NCBI RefSeq assembly: GCF_964204865.1
Contig: NC_135257.1
Span: 13,454,001 to 13,518,000 of the forward strand
Length of the DNA: 64,000 bases
Direction: 5' to 3'
Origin: Styela clava
Lineage: Eukaryota
The position numbers and the translations under genes were made by a program. Of this stretch, positions 1 through 14,900 are shown piece after piece. The first letter of the stretch is position 1, and every line of letters begins with the position of its first letter. The notes beneath the pieces are model-generated. The model was given only the letters and a program-made list of their open reading frames with translations, was not told the origin of the DNA and searched no databases.

Positions 1-109
1 AGCATTTAAAATGCCTTCGTATTAATTTACTTTTGTTCGATGTAGCCTAACTCATCAATGCCTCGTCTTACGAAGAATAAAATGTTTCAAAATACCACAG
101 CAATCAAAA

Positions 110-387
110 ACACAAAACTAATGGTAAACTGCCCTATTATAATTAATTTTGATTCGCACTCTCGTACTTACGAAAATAAAAAGGGCATACTACTATAAAA
201 TATCACGGCAATCGGCGGATATAAATTTTCTGGTAGCCAGCTTGTAGGTAACGGTAATTCCATTGTTTATTGTATGCTAATTCCGCCATAAAGATAAGCT
301 TGCATTTATTTTCGAAGTATTCGAAACTTAAATAATAATTTTGAATGTATTCGAAATAGTAAATTATTCGGTATTGGCCATCCCTGA
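110..387. mobile_element. DNA transposon fragment ending in ...GGCCATCCCTG, plus a repeat unit shared with 19.1-19.4 kb
   Basis: 290-387 is near-identical to 19699-19809 (tattcgaa subterminal repeats, then tattggccatccctg). 110-230 matches the ~110-bp unit at 19090-19390. Confidence 0.55.
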
Positions 388-812
388 TGCCGTTTGAAAT
401 TTGCTCAATTAGTTTCACAATGTTTATGATATGACAGCACAAAATGAATATCCATGAATGTGGAGAAGGGGCAACATTTTTTAATTATGACCGACTGCAC
501 TCCTATGGCCTGAAGTAACATCATTGAATCAAATGTCTCAATGTTAAATGGCGGATAAACAGTTCACCAATCTGCCAATAGGATATCTGTATAACTCAAA
601 ATAAATAACGCCATTTCAGCATTTGGTTAATAATTTCTGAATTTAGTTTAAATCAGAAATAGAGTTTGCTATTGGGGCATCATCGAATAGATAGGTTAGA
701 TTTTACGAGAAAAAGTTTAGGAATATCAAATATGTCCTGAAGTCACCTCAGGATTGACACGTGAAAAAATTGTTATGCTACGCCTACTAGAAGTACGTTA
801 GGTAGGAAAGTA

Positions 813-1627
813 GGGTGGCTTACCCACTTTGCGACCATCAACTTCATCGATTAAATTAATGCCGAAAAAATTAACGAACCGCGACGATATTTCTCACACG
901 TTATCGTCCACTTATCCCTCGTAGCTCTGCGAAAAGACACTAAAATGCGGCCACAAATAAAAAAGTTACGACCGAAAACCTGACCGAAGAAAAAAAACGG
1001 ACCATTTTACCATGTCGCCAACTACCCATTGTTCCCTCAAAAAAGCTTGAAAATCCATACAAATATAAGAGATAAAGAGATGAAACTTGGCAGGTGGGTA
1101 GAGTTGTGTTTCTTTCAACCATCTTTAAAGTTTCGCGTTTCTACCTTCAAAGGAGGGGGAGTAGGGGGGTGCGCATTTCCAATACGTCAATAATATCTTT
1201 GTCAACTAATTTGCGACCACCGTGTTTTTGTCTGTTTGATTGTTGTGATGCGGTGCTTTGTTTATAATTTGAAGAATTTTGTTTGAAATAACCGTGTTCT
1301 TAAAATATATAACGGTCAGAAATGCAATTAGAAGCCCATTTTTTCACGCATGGCTGCGTATGCCCCAGTCTCGACACAGCAGAAACGATGTTCAAGGCTT
1401 GAAATCCGTGATCGCACACTGGTCGTTCGGTCGCAAATACGTCTTCAGAGTGTCGTACTTTGGTGGTTTGTATAGCTTTAACCCCTGGTCGTAGAAAGTT
1501 AATTCGAAGTTCAGCGTGTAGAATAAATGCCAATGCACTTACGGTGAAAAAATTAACGGGTTAGAAATATTGGTTTTTGTTTTATAGCGGTTTGAATGAA
1601 ATCGTCCGCAGATTGGCTACACCACCC
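813..1627. mobile_element. Degenerate non-autonomous TIR element (MITE-like), possible TA TSD
   Basis: Imperfect ~25-bp TIRs (ta|gggtggcttacccactttgcg ... cgcagattggctacaccaccc|ta). No coding capacity. Confidence 0.45.
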
Positions 1628-1816
1628 TACATGAGACCCTAATTTTTCTAGTAACACTAAGTGTAAATAATGACTTACAATAACTTACTGTATTCAGATA
1701 TTAGTATGTACCATAGCCCAGTAGTCTCATATTACTGTACCGGTATTACAGTATTAACTGCTGCTGTTGCCAGACTGCAGTATTGTGATCACAACATGCA
1801 GATATGCATACCATAC

Positions 1817-4800
1817 ACCTCTGTGAAGCTAGCAGCAAAACACGAAATTGTGACTGACAGAATCGCAGAAAATACCCACGCGTAAAATTAAATGTTCCCA
1901 ATGATTTTTATAAGAAAGTGTATATTTTGATTATTTTCACAATAGCAATTAAAGCAAAACAATCATTAACTACACTCCTCGTATTGTTAATATATGGTAA
2001 ACAAGCTAAAGCGACTGTTACAGTGCACAAAATTTTTTTATAATTCTTTGAGAGATGTTTAAAAATGACTGAATTTTCGTCGTGTAACATGGTCGTTTCA
2101 TGAAAACCTCCAATAAAGGCAGCATTGCAACACCATTGGTGAAAAGTAGAAACCTCAAAGATTCGATTTCAATATGTCAGAACAGTCTCAGCACGTTTTG
2201 ACTTGACCATATATAATACTAAACATAGCGTATATTCTTCAATTTTTAAAACAATGTATATATAACAAATTTGAAACTGATTTTGTATTTCAATTAAAAT
2301 TACTGGATAGTTCATCAAAGAAGATATTTTTCTCTTTGTCACACAACAATAATGCACTTCATTAAACTTAGAATAAGTTGAGTAAAGTCTGAAATACTGA
2401 AAAAAAATTTACGCCCTCTTGTGGATTCTTTGATAAATTTCACAAAGTTATCGTTTTCGAAAGGGCAATTTCTCAAAAACCGCCAATAAAGGCAGCACTA
2501 CGACACATTCGAAGAAAAGCAGATACCCTATAGATTCGATTTTAATATGTCAGAACAGTAGCAGCACGTTTTGACTTGGCCAAATATAATTCCAAACATA
2601 GCGTATATTTTTAATTTCATTGAAAAAATGTAGATGTGACATATTTAAAAACGGTTTGGTATTTCAACTAAATTTACTGGAAAATTCATCAAATACTTTC
2701 TTCTCTTGGGTATACAACAAAACTGTACGTTTATTAAACTTGGAATTAGTGTGCAAATGTTAAAATGCCAAAAAATGATTTGACGCCCTCTTGTGGATCC
2801 TTTTCGGAATTTCGAAAAATTATCGTTTTTGAAAAGGGCGATTTCTCAAAAACCGCCAATAAAGGCAGCACTACGACACATTCGGAGTAAAGCAGATACC
2901 TAATAGATTTGATTTTATTATGTCAGAACAGTAGCAGCACGTTTTGACTTGGCCATATATAATACCAAACATAGCGTGTATTCAAACTTTTATAAACAAT
3001 GCAGACGTAACATATTTAAAAACGGTTTGGTATTTCAAATAAATTTCCTAGATAATTTATCAAACATCTTTTTCTCTTGGACATACATATATACTATACG
3101 TTCATTAAACTTGGAATAAGTTGCGGAAAGTATAAAATACCAAAAAGCATTTTACGTCCTCTTGTGGATTTTTTTCAAAATTTCAAAAAATTATCGTAAT
3201 TGAAATAGCGATTTCTCGGAAACCGCCAATAAAGGCAGCACTACGACACATTTGGAGAGAAGCAGATACCTTATAGATTCGATTTTAATAAGTCAGAACA
3301 GTAGCAGCACGTTTTGAGTTGGTCATATATAATACCAAACATAGCGTATAATTTTTAATTTTATCAACCATGTATGTGTAACATATTTAAAAACGGTTAG
3401 GTATTTCAACTTAATTTACTGGATAATTCATCAAACACTTTTCTCTCTTGGTCATACATCAAAACTGTATGTTCATTAAACTTGGAATTATTGTGCAAAT
3501 CCTAAAATGCCAAAAAATGATTTGACGCCCTCTTGTGGATTATTTTCGGAATTTCGAAAAATTATCGTTTTTGAAAAGGCGATTTCTCAAAAACCGCCAA
3601 TAAAGGCATCACTACGACACATTCGGAGTAAAGCAGATACCTTATAGATTTGATTTCATTATTTCAGAACAGTAGCAGCACGTTTTGACTTGGTCATATA
3701 TAATTCCAAACATAGCGTATAATTTTCAATTTTATCAACTATGTAGATGTAACATATTTAAAAACGGTTAGGTATTTCAACTTAATTTACTGGATAATTC
3801 ATCAAACACTTTTCTCTCTTGGTCATACATCAAAACTGTATGTTCATTAAACTTGGAATAAGACGGCGAATCCTAAAATAACAAAAAATGATTTGACGCC
3901 CTCTTGTGGATTTTTTTCGAAGTTTTAAAAAAATATCGTTTTTGAAAGGGCGATTTCTCAAAAACCGCCAATAAAGGCAACACTACGACACATTCGGAGT
4001 AAAGCAGGTACCTTATAGATTTGATTTCATTATGTCAGAACAGTAGCAGCACGTTTTAACTTGGCCATATATAATACCAAACATAGCGTGTATTCAAACT
4101 TTTATAAACAATGCAGACGTAACATCTTTAAAAACGGTTTGGTATTTCAAATAAATTTCCTAGACAATTTATCAAACATCTTTTTCTCTTGGACATACAT
4201 ATATACTATACGTTCATTAAACTTGGAATAAGTTGCGGAAAGTATAAAATACCAAAAAGCATTTTACGTCCTTTTGTGGATTATTTCCAAAATTTCAAAA
4301 AATTATCGTTATTGAAATAGCGATTTCTCGAAAACCGCCAATAAAGGCAGCATTACGACACATTTGGAGAAAAGCAGATACCTTATAGATTCTATTTTAA
4401 TATGTCAGAACAGTAGCAGCACGTTTTGACTTGGCCATATATAATTCCAAACATAGCGTATATTTTCAATTTTGTTAAAAAATGTAGATGTGACATATTT
4501 AAAAACGGTTTGGTATTTCAACTAAATTTACTGGAAAATTCATCAAATACTTTCTTCTCATGGGTATACAACAAAACTGTACGTTCATTAAACTTGGAAT
4601 TAGTGTGCAAATCTTAAAATGTCAAAAAATGATTTGACGCTCCTTGTGGATCCTTATCGGAATTTCGAAAAATTATCGTTTTTGAAAGGGCGATTTCTCA
4701 AAAACCGCCAATAAAGGCAGCACTACGACACATTCGGAGTAAAGCAGATACCTTATAGATTTGATTTCATTATGTCAGAACAGTAGCAGCACGTTTTGAC

Positions 4801-7800
4801 TTGGCCATATATAATACCAAACATAGCGTATATTTTCAATTTTATTAAAAAAATGTAGATGTGACATATTTAAAAACGGTTTGGTATTTCAACTAAATTT
4901 ACTGGAAAATTCATCAAATACTTTCTTCTCTTGGGTATACAACAAAACTGTACGTTCATTAAACTTGGAATTAGTGTGCAAATCTTAAAATGCCAAAAAT
5001 GATTTGACGCCCTCTTGTGGATTCTTTTCGGAATTTCGAAAAATTATCGTTTTTGAAAGCGCGATTTCTCAAAAACCGCCAATAAAGGCAGCACTACGAC
5101 ACATTCGGAGTGAAGCAGATACCTTATAGATTTGATTTCATTATGTCAGAACAGTAGCAGCACGTTTTGACTTGGCCATATATAATTTTATCAACTATGT
5201 AGATGTAACATATTTAAAAACGGTTAGGTATTTCAACTTAATTTACTGGATAATTCACCAAACACTTTTCTCTCTTGGTCATACATCAAAACTGTATGTT
5301 CATTAAACTTGGAATAAGACGGCGAATCCTAAAATAACAAAAAATGATTTGACGCTCTCTTGTGGTGTTTTTTTGAAGTTTTGAAAAAATATCGTTTTTA
5401 AAAGGGCGATTTCTCAAAAACCGCCAATAAAGGCAGCACTACGAAACATTCGGAGAAAAGAAAATACCATATAGATTTCATTTCATTATGTCAGAACAAC
5501 AGCAGCACGTTTTTACTTGGCCATATATAATACCAAATATAACGTGTATTTACAATTTTATAAACAATGTACACGTAACATATTGTAAAAAGATTTTGTA
5601 TTTTAACTAAATTTACTGGATAATTCATCAAACATCTTTTTTTTTGGACGTACACCAATAATGAACGTTCATTAAACTTGGAATAAGTTGCAAATTGTAT
5701 AAAACAACAAAAAAATGACTTACGCCCCATAGTAATTTTGTTTAATATCTCGAACATACCGTTTTTGGAGTGGCGATTTCCACAAAACCGCAAATAAAGG
5801 CAGCACTATGACACATTCGAAGAAAAGCAGATACTCCATAGATTTAGTTGAAATACCAAACCGATTTTAAATATGTCACATCTACATTTTTTAATAAAAT
5901 TGAAAATATACGCTATGTTTGGAATTATATATGGCCTAGTCAAAACGTGCTGCTACTGTTCTGACATAATGAAATCAAATCTATAAGGTATCTGCTTTAC
6001 TCCGAATGTGTCGTAGTGCTGCCTTTATTGGCGGTTTTTGAGAAATCGCTCTTTCAAAAACGATAATTTTTCGAAATTCTGAAAAGCATCCACAAGAGGG
6101 CGTCAAATCATTTTTGGCATTTTAAGATTTGCACACTAATTCCAAGTTTAATGAACGTACATTTTTGTTGTATACCCAAGTAAAGAAAGTATTTGATGAA
6201 TTTTCCAGTAAAATTTAGTTGAAATACCAAACCCTTTTTAAATATGTCACATCTACATTTTTTAATAAAATTGAAAATATACGCTATGTTTGGAATTATA
6301 TATGGCCTAGTCAAAACGTGCTGCTCCTGTTCTGACATATTAAAATCGAATCTAAAAGGTATCTGCTTCTCTCCAAATGTGTCGTAATGCTGCCTTTATT
6401 GGCGGTTTCCGAGAAATCGCTATTTCAATAACGATAATTTTTTGAAATTTTGAAAATAATCCACAAAAGGACGTAAAATGCTTTTTGGTATTTTATACTT
6501 TCCGCAACTTATTCCAAGTTTAATGAACGAATAGTATATATGTATGTCCAAGAGAAAAAGATGTTTGATAAATTATCTAGAAAATTTAGTTGAAATACCA
6601 AACCGTTTTTAAATATCTTACGTCTGCATTGTTTATAAAAGTTTAAATACACGCTACGTTTGGTATTATGTATGACCAAGTCAAAACGTGCTGCTACTGT
6701 TCTGACATAATGAAATCATATCTATAATGTATCTGCTTTACTCCGAATGTGTCGTAGTGATGCCTTTATTGGCGGTTTTTGAGAAATCACCCTTTCAAAA
6801 ACGATAATTTTTCGAAATTCCGAAAATAATCCACAAGAGGGCGTCAAATCATTTTTTGGCATTTTAGGATTTGCACAATAATTCCAAGTTTAATGAACAT
6901 ACAGTTTTGATGTATGACCAAGAGAGAAAAGTGTTTGAAGAATTATCCAGTAAATTAAGTTGAAACACCTAACCGTTTTTAAATATGTTACATCTAAATA
7001 GTTGATAAAATTGAAAATTATACGCTATGTTTGGTATTATATATGGCCAAGTCAAAACGTGCTGCTACTGTTCTGACATAATAAAATCGAATCTATAAGG
7101 TATCTGCTTTTCTCCGAATGTGTCGTAGTGCTGCCTTTATTGGCAATTTTTGAGAAATCGCCCTTTCAAAAACGATATCATTTTGAAAATTCCAAAAAAA
7201 ATCCATAAGAGGGCGTAAAATGATTTTTTCGGTATTTCCTACTTTACGCAACTCCTTCCAAGTTTAATGGACGTACAGTATGTATGTATACCAAAAGAAA
7301 ATGATGTTTGATAAATTATCTAGTAAATTTAGTTGAAATACCAAACGGTTTTTAAATATGTTACGTCTGCATTGTTTATAACATTTTGAATACACACTAT
7401 GTTTGGTATCATATATGACCAAGTCAAAACGTGCTGCTACTGTTCTGACATAATGAAATCAAATCTATAAGGTATCTGCTTTACTCCGACTGTGTCGTAG
7501 TGCTGCCTTTATTGGCGGTTTTTGAGAAATCGCCCTTTCAAAAACGATAATTTTTCGAAATTCCGAAAAGGATCCACTAGAGGGCAAATCATTTTTTGGC
7601 ATCTTAAGATTTGCACACTAATTTCAAGTTTAATGAACGTACAGTTTTGATGTATGACCAAGAGAGAAAAGTGTTTGATGAAATTTAGTTGAAATACTTA
7701 ACCGTTTTTAAATATGTTACATATACATAGTTGTTAAAATTGAAAATGATATGCTATGTTTAGTATTAAATATGGCCAGATCAAAACGTGCTGCTACTGT

Positions 7801-10004
7801 TCTGGTTTGGTGAAATCGAATCTTTAACGTATCTGCTATTCTCCAAAAGTGTCGTATTGCTGCCTTTATTGGCCATTGTCCGAGAAATCGTCACTCCAAA
7901 AACGGCATGCTTGGGAAATTGAAAAATTATATATAGGTTGTAAGACATTTTTCACTTTTTCATACAATTTGCATCTTATTCCAAGTTTAATTAACACACA
8001 GTATCGGTGTTTGAAAAAGTAAGAAAACGGAATATTACGATATTAGGTGAGTTTATTTGAAATACCAAACCTTTTCAAAATATGTGAACATCTACGCTAT
8101 TCAAATATTTGAGATATACGCTAGGTTTGGTATTATAAATGGCCAAGTCAAAACGTGCTGCTACTGTTATGGTATAGTGAAGTCGAATCTAAAAGGTATT
8201 TGCTTTTTTCCGAATGTGTCGTAGTGCTGCCTTTATTGGCGGTTTTCGAGAAATCGCCCTTTCAAAAACGATTATTTTTCGGAATTCAGAAAAGAACCCA
8301 TTATAGAGAGCGTAAAATGTTTTTTTTTTTATTTTAAACTTTCCCAATTAATTCTTAGTTTAATAAACGTACAGTATTCATTTGTGACAAAGAGAAAAAT
8401 ATATTTGATCAATTTTCCAGCAGCTTCAGTTGAAATACAAATCCCTATTAAATTTGTTACGTCGACAATGTTTATAAAACTGAGAATACACGCTATTTTG
8501 GTATTATATGTAGCCGAGTCAAAACATGCTGCCACTGTTTTGTTATAGTGAAATCAAATCTATAGGGTATATACTTTTTCCGAATGTGTCGTAGTGCTGC
8601 CTTTATTGGCGGTTTTCGAGAAATTCCCCTTCCAAAATCGATAATTTTTCAAAATTTTGAAAAGAATCCACGAGAGGGCGTAAAATATTTTTTTGGTATT
8701 TCATACTTTTCTTCTGCAACTCATTCTAAGTTTAATAGACGTACAGTATTAATGTGTGACAAAGAGAAAAATATATATTTTATCAATTGTTCAGCAAATT
8801 TAGTTGACATACAATTCCTTTTTAAATTTGTTTCGTCCACATTGTTCATACGCTATGTTTGGTATTATATATGGCAAAGTCAAAACGTTCTGCTACCGTT
8901 CTGACATAATAAAATTGAATCTATAAGGTATGTGCTTTTCTCTGAATGTGTCGTGATGCTGCCTTTATTGGCGGTTTTTGAGAAATCACTAATCCAAAAA
9001 CGATAATTTTCGAAATTCTCAAACTAATTCAAGGGGGTGCGCAAAATTTTTATTACTACTTTATACTTTCTGAAACTTATTCTAACTTTAATAGACGTAC
9101 AGTATTGATGTGCGACAAAGAGAAAAAGATATTTGATCAATTATCCTGCAACTTTAGTTGAAATACAAACCCTTTTTTAATATGTTACGTACCTTTGTTT
9201 TAAAAATCGAGGAATATACGCTATTTCTGGTATTATATATGGCCAAGTCAAAACGTGCTGCTACTGTTCTGGCATAATAAAATCGAATCTATAATGTATG
9301 TGCTTTTATCCGAATATGTCGTAGTGCTGCCTTTATTGGCGGTTTTCGAAAAATCGCCATTTTAAAAACGATAATTTTTTGTAATCCAGGACAGAATCCA
9401 CTAGGAGTCGCAAATGATTTTTTGCTGTTTTATACTTCCCGCAACGTATTCCAAGTTTAAAAGATGTACAGTATTAATGTGTGACAAAAAGAAAATGATA
9501 TTTTATCCATTATCTAGCAAATTTAGTTGAAATACAAAATCAATTTTAAATTTGTTACATCCATGCCGTTATTAAAATTTAGATTACACGATATGTTTGG
9601 TAATATATATGGTCAAGCCAAAACGTACTGCTACTGTTCTGTTATAGAAAAATTGAATTTATATGGTATCTGCTTTTCTCCAAATGTGTCGTGGTGCTGC
9701 CTTTATTGGCGGTTTTCGAGGAATCGAGGTTCCGAAAAGGATAATTTTCCGAAACTTTGTATTTGCGGAATACCTGAAAACTCATTTTTCGCTTAGTTAG
9801 TCTTTTTTTGAACACTATTTTCTTGTTAAATTTAATGTAATCATTCAGTTTAAAGATTTTTCATCTATTTTCGTGACAATATTATATTTTGATCAGCATT
9901 TTCAATTTTCATATTTACCTATAAGTGAACACTATATGCGCGTGGAACCTATATTCAATGTGTAAAAATATTCTGGCTGAAAGTGCTGCTAGCTTCACAG
10001 TGGT
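1817..10004. mobile_element. Foldback (FB/MULE-like) transposon, 8.2 kb, non-coding
   Basis: Termini acctctgtgaagctagcagca / tgctgctagcttcacagtggt. Perfect 9-bp TSD ATACCATAC at 1808-1816 and 10005-10013. Arms are inverted tandem arrays. Confidence 0.9.
2110..9720. repeat. ~370-bp tandem units: ~10 copies in + orientation (2110-5840), then ~10 inverted copies (5840-9720)
   Basis: Anchor aaaccgccaataaaggcagcactacgacacattcgg recurs every ~370 bp. Its reverse complement gtgtcgtagtgctgcctttattggcgg recurs after 5840. Confidence 0.95.
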
Positions 10005-10490
10005 ATACCATACGGTCCAGCCATATTAATTGGAGACTTCTGGAGAGCGAGAGAAACTAAGCTTGTATCCAGCTATAATTCTTTTGACTTAGGTCACTAC
10101 CGGTACTGTACTACTGCTGTACTGTCAGTGTTAACTGGAGTTACAGGAGTCCAAATACTGAAATGATTTAAAAAAGCAGCGCAGCTCGCGTTTCGAAAGC
10201 CTGATATTGGCTTCATCGACTTCAAAGTGAGATCGACATGGCCAAATGCGCCCTCTAGTTTTGCGCTTGTAGGAAGGGATATCAAATGGAAATCTCAATG
10301 CATGTTTTTCCACAATTTAGAAAACAATTATTCCATGCTGAGAACCGATCGTATTTTTTTATTTCGCAATCTGTTTCTGAATAGCAATAATTGTTTTTTC
10401 ATTGTTTGGTCACAATTAATTTCAAACAAATTTATTTATCGCCATATTTAAACTGCATGATTGCTCTTTTCTTGTCATTGTTGTAAACTG

Positions 10491-10533
10491 CTTGTCTGAG
10501 GAAGTCTGATTTTGGTCAGACGAAACGTTACAG
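10491..10533 (+). ncRNA. Minimal type I hammerhead ribozyme (Penelope-like element type)
   Basis: ttgt-CTGAGGA-a-GTCTGA ttttgg TCAGAC-GAAA-CG-TT-acag: conserved core boxes, perfect 6-bp stem II, palindromic AACGTT stem III region, short stem I. Confidence 0.7.
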
Positions 10534-11985
10534 AAATATATTTGTGTTAGTGTGCAGCAGGACTCTTGAATTGCATATTAGAAAACACGTGTGATATTTA
10601 AAATAAAACTACATTTTTTGATTTCAAACAAACGCATTGAACTCTTCTAGTATTAAAATTAAAAGTAATGAGAAAAAAATCTAACAAAAATTATGGAGTC
10701 GAAATACGAGTTATACTTATCTTTTGAATCATTAGCACTATTTGCAAATTTGTTGCCTGTGATAAGTTTTATAAAATTCTATTGCTCAAGAGATCCTGAC
10801 GCAAATGAGCATGTGCGTTGATGAAGGAATATAATCTACGAATCCTATTTACTGACAAACGTCTTGAATAACACGCTTACATAAAATGCAAGTTTATATT
10901 CAATTTTCATAATAAGGACACAAACAATGTAAAAGGGTGAGTAAGTTTATTCCCGATGCGCTCTTATGCAAAGCAAACAAAGATTAACATAAAAATGTGA
11001 AGGCAGTTATACTTGACATGAACAAAATAAAATATACAATAACAAAGCTTGTTTGGTCAAAAAATTTGTCAATTTGCCAGCAAGTGCCATCAAATGATCA
11101 TGTCCAGAATTTAGCAAAAGCTCAACAAAGAAAACCGCTTTCAAGATAAAAAAAAAAAAAGACAAAAACATTGAATATATTCAAGGTGAAAACTTCAGAT
11201 CAAAACATGTTTAAAAAAACATTAGTTCAATGAAAGGGAAAATCAGGAAGGTTCATGGAAAGAAGGAATATATAAGTCAATTTAGAATAATCAAATTCTA
11301 GAGAATATGCAACTAAATTCATAGTAAGGTGGAAAGAAAAAACATCAGCATCAGTACCCACCAGACAACTACATTTAGAACATTCTTAGACTGTAGAAAT
11401 TTTTTAGGGACAGTTATACTTACAAGTTTTTTGTGCCCATTCGACAAGACTGCCATTTAATGATTGGTTCTTACAATAGGTTCAATGATATCTAACACAA
11501 GATGACAGTGATTAAATGTGTTATAGCATGCTAATCAGACACACTTAAAACTAGATACATTAAATGAATGGGGCAACATTTACACGAATATATACAAAAC
11601 ACAATGATAAAATGAACGCACCAAATGATTACATTGCTTGTATAATTTGACAAAATATAGTAAGAGCTCATGAAAGAACAGAAAAGACCAATATTAGAAT
11701 CCTACATATCATGTACTCCATGCAACAAAATTCAGTTACTTCAAAACAATTAATAGTTGGTAACTGTCTTCAACCGAAGTAAAGTATTATAAAACAGAAA
11801 ATCATTTGGATATGAACATTTGCAAAGTTACTTCTAATTTTCAATTCATTTGGTAGCAAACTAGCCAATAATTAATTAATATCACACTTTGATAAGAAGA
11901 GCGCAGGCAGTAAAAGATGAGCTTTCGCCATTGTTATAGAGCAGTAGCATGCAAAGCAAAGAATTTAAACTTTTGTTAAAAATTC

Positions 11986-14900
11986 TCATCGTCTAAAATC
12001 ATAGATCGCACTGCTGCGGACAGCTTTGTTCTGTTTAGCTTGATTATTTATTTCTTTTGCAAAATCATTGTAGTGAGAGGGATCAGCTTCAAACAACGGA
12101 GCAGATTTTGCAGATGATGTTGTGCTTGATGAAACAACTGTTGTGCTGAGTGACGTCTTTCTTGAATGATTTGCTGGGGCGCTTTTAATAGAAACGGCAT
12201 CATCCTGTTTCTTAGGTGTTTTTGTACGCGGAATACGAGCCTTCTTTGTAGCACTAATTGGTGTTCGGAGCCTGGACAATGGGGGCTTTCCTGCGAGATA
12301 AAATAAGGAATAATCATAAATTGCTCAGATTTTAACAGCAAAATGAGCCACCTGTAACAGAAGTGTTTTTTCCGAAATGCTGTAACTATACACAAATTAC
12401 CTGAAGGTGAAAGACAAGTAGCTGCAGTCCTATTTATATTAGTAGTATGATGTGTGAGCACACTGCGACATGTATTATCCAATCCACCTCGCCTTGCCTT
12501 CTTTGGATCCGTAGGAGTTTTTAGTATTGTGGTTGTGCCGATAAATCTACGCTTAGTTGGTGTTTTTGGAGTACTACCGTAAACCATCTCTGATTCCATT
12601 TCCTGATAAATGGTAATAAATTCATATGTGAAAAAGAAATTCCTGATACATTGCTTTTGTAAAATCGTTTTGAATGATTTAAATATTTACGGTACCTGTT
12701 TTTTCTTTACTAGCCTTTGGTATTTTTCATTCTCCTTGCGTTGTTCACATGCTTCCCATTGTGAATGAACATATTCACGAAAAGCGATTCCTTCAACTAA
12801 AAATCTACTTCCACATTCTTGTTCCCATCTATGAATATTTAAATGTGAAGAGTCAAAAAAAAAAAAAAAAAAAAAACATGAAATATTCATTTTATAACAG
12901 ATACAAAAAAGTTAAAAAAAAAACTACGAACCTGTCAATATCTTTAAAAAGCTCTTCTTCAATTTTAGGTAGTTGTTTATGAATCTTCTTTCGTTCTCTT
13001 TCCTCTTGCAACAAATTTCCACCACGATTTGCATACCTGAGTACATATTCAAACAATGATAATATATATTGATTCATGTTCAGTACCACAGCCACTCACT
13101 AATCAATATTATGATATGTCAAATTTTATCATCGAGTAGTGTGAACTCACAGTTTCAAACAATATGCAATGGGATAGTAGCATCTTGTAAATTTACCAGG
13201 TAATTTGCTTTGAAGCAATTATTTCTAAAATTTTCGAATGGAAGTAATGTGTACATCAGTCAATTCGTGAGCATTGAGAATAAATGCTGATTTTCTATGT
13301 GTAACACTTATTTATTGTGCAACGCAGATCAAAGGTTTTACAGTACCATCAAGATGAAGATATTTGTTCTATGCCATGCACTATTTAAATTGTTTGTAAA
13401 TAGATCAGGCTCAATAAAATTTATTACCTGTTCACATCTCTTGCTTTAGATTCCAAATCCAGCATTCTATAAAATAATTGTTGCCACTTCCCAACATTAG
13501 AAAACATTTCCTTATGCTCCTCATAATATGCCTGAGTATAAAAATGAATTTTGCATTACAAAAAAATTCAAATCTTGACGAGGATGTGAACAACTGCCCA
13601 GTTTCCTAATTGAAAATTGCCAAATGTATAACACAAATATTCTTGACAGTTGGCACACAATGAACTAATAATATTTATTGTATATTGATATTAAACTGCA
13701 CCCTTACCAAATATAAACATACAAGCATTGCCTTACCCAGCTCTACATTTGCCAATGGTACAACTTGGCCATTTGTACTCTTACCATTACTCTTCTTAGC
13801 ACTATGGTTCAAAAACAACTTGAAAAACTACTTAAGAGTTAACCCACATATTAAGCTATACGTCAACTTTGGCGAGGAAATAAGGAAATCAGTCAAAATT
13901 AACCATCTGGTTTCGCACCGCACAATAGATGGAAAAAGGTGGAACTTTTTTCGAGTATTTTCCGAGTTTTAGAATAATTTTAATGAATGATGAATAGAAA
14001 TCCCCCTACCTAATATAATAAATAGCGATGGAATCATTATCTGATATTTCAAAATATACTTTTGCAAGCCATTGATTCCTCAATCAATTGGCGTCGGCTA
14101 GTAATTTTTTCACCACTAGAACACACCATATAAAACCCAAAATTTGTCTTGAGGAGAAAAATAGAAAATTATAAAAATTAAGATAGGAATAAAATGCACA
14201 ATTTATACAAACATGCAATCTGGTAAGTTCCTCCTCATGTAAATTTAACAATTCTTCTGTGTATGATTCCTCATAAGCTGGTGAGAATGCATGTCTCTGA
14301 TCTTTACTGTAGTAGCATTTATCCCACAATATCGCTATGTCTGATCTAGAACGTTCTGTTAGTTTTTGAATGTTTGCCCGTTTCAATTCCTCCAATTTGA
14401 ATAATTCCTAAAATTTAAAAAGTATGACATTTCAAAGTTAGGCATGAGAAGTCAGGTTATCCAAGACAGGAGTCTTCAGAACTCGGTAACAGGAATTTTG
14501 TTTGTCATCAAGTTCAATATTAAATTTCTTAAACTAAGGTGTTGAGCACCATATGTTTTATGTAGCTTAAACAGGATGTAAAATGCGACTTGTGTTAAAG
14601 TAATAAATTGGTAAACATTATAATTTTTGGACACCTATGGATCGTTTCGTTATTATATTGTTGTTGTTCTTAGAATTTTTCTTCCTATCGTTATGAAAAA
14701 AATCGCTTCTCTTTAATTACTAGATCAATTGCTTTGAAATTTAGTTCAGTTGGTATTTCAATTCACATTGAAACTGAATTATAAAGAATGGATCATCGCC
14801 ATAGGGAAAAGCTGGGACAATCCCTGATACAGGTACCATATTGGTAAGTTAAAGCATATGATATTTCCCTCCATATGATTGAGCACAGCTCTCTTGTTTC

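Noticed and set aside
2110-9720. Regularly spaced conserved motif resembling a CRISPR array; short ORFs in the array
   Set aside because: The inter-motif sequences are homologous to each other (tandem units, not unique spacers), the context is eukaryotic with no cas genes, and the ORFs are incidental repeat translations.
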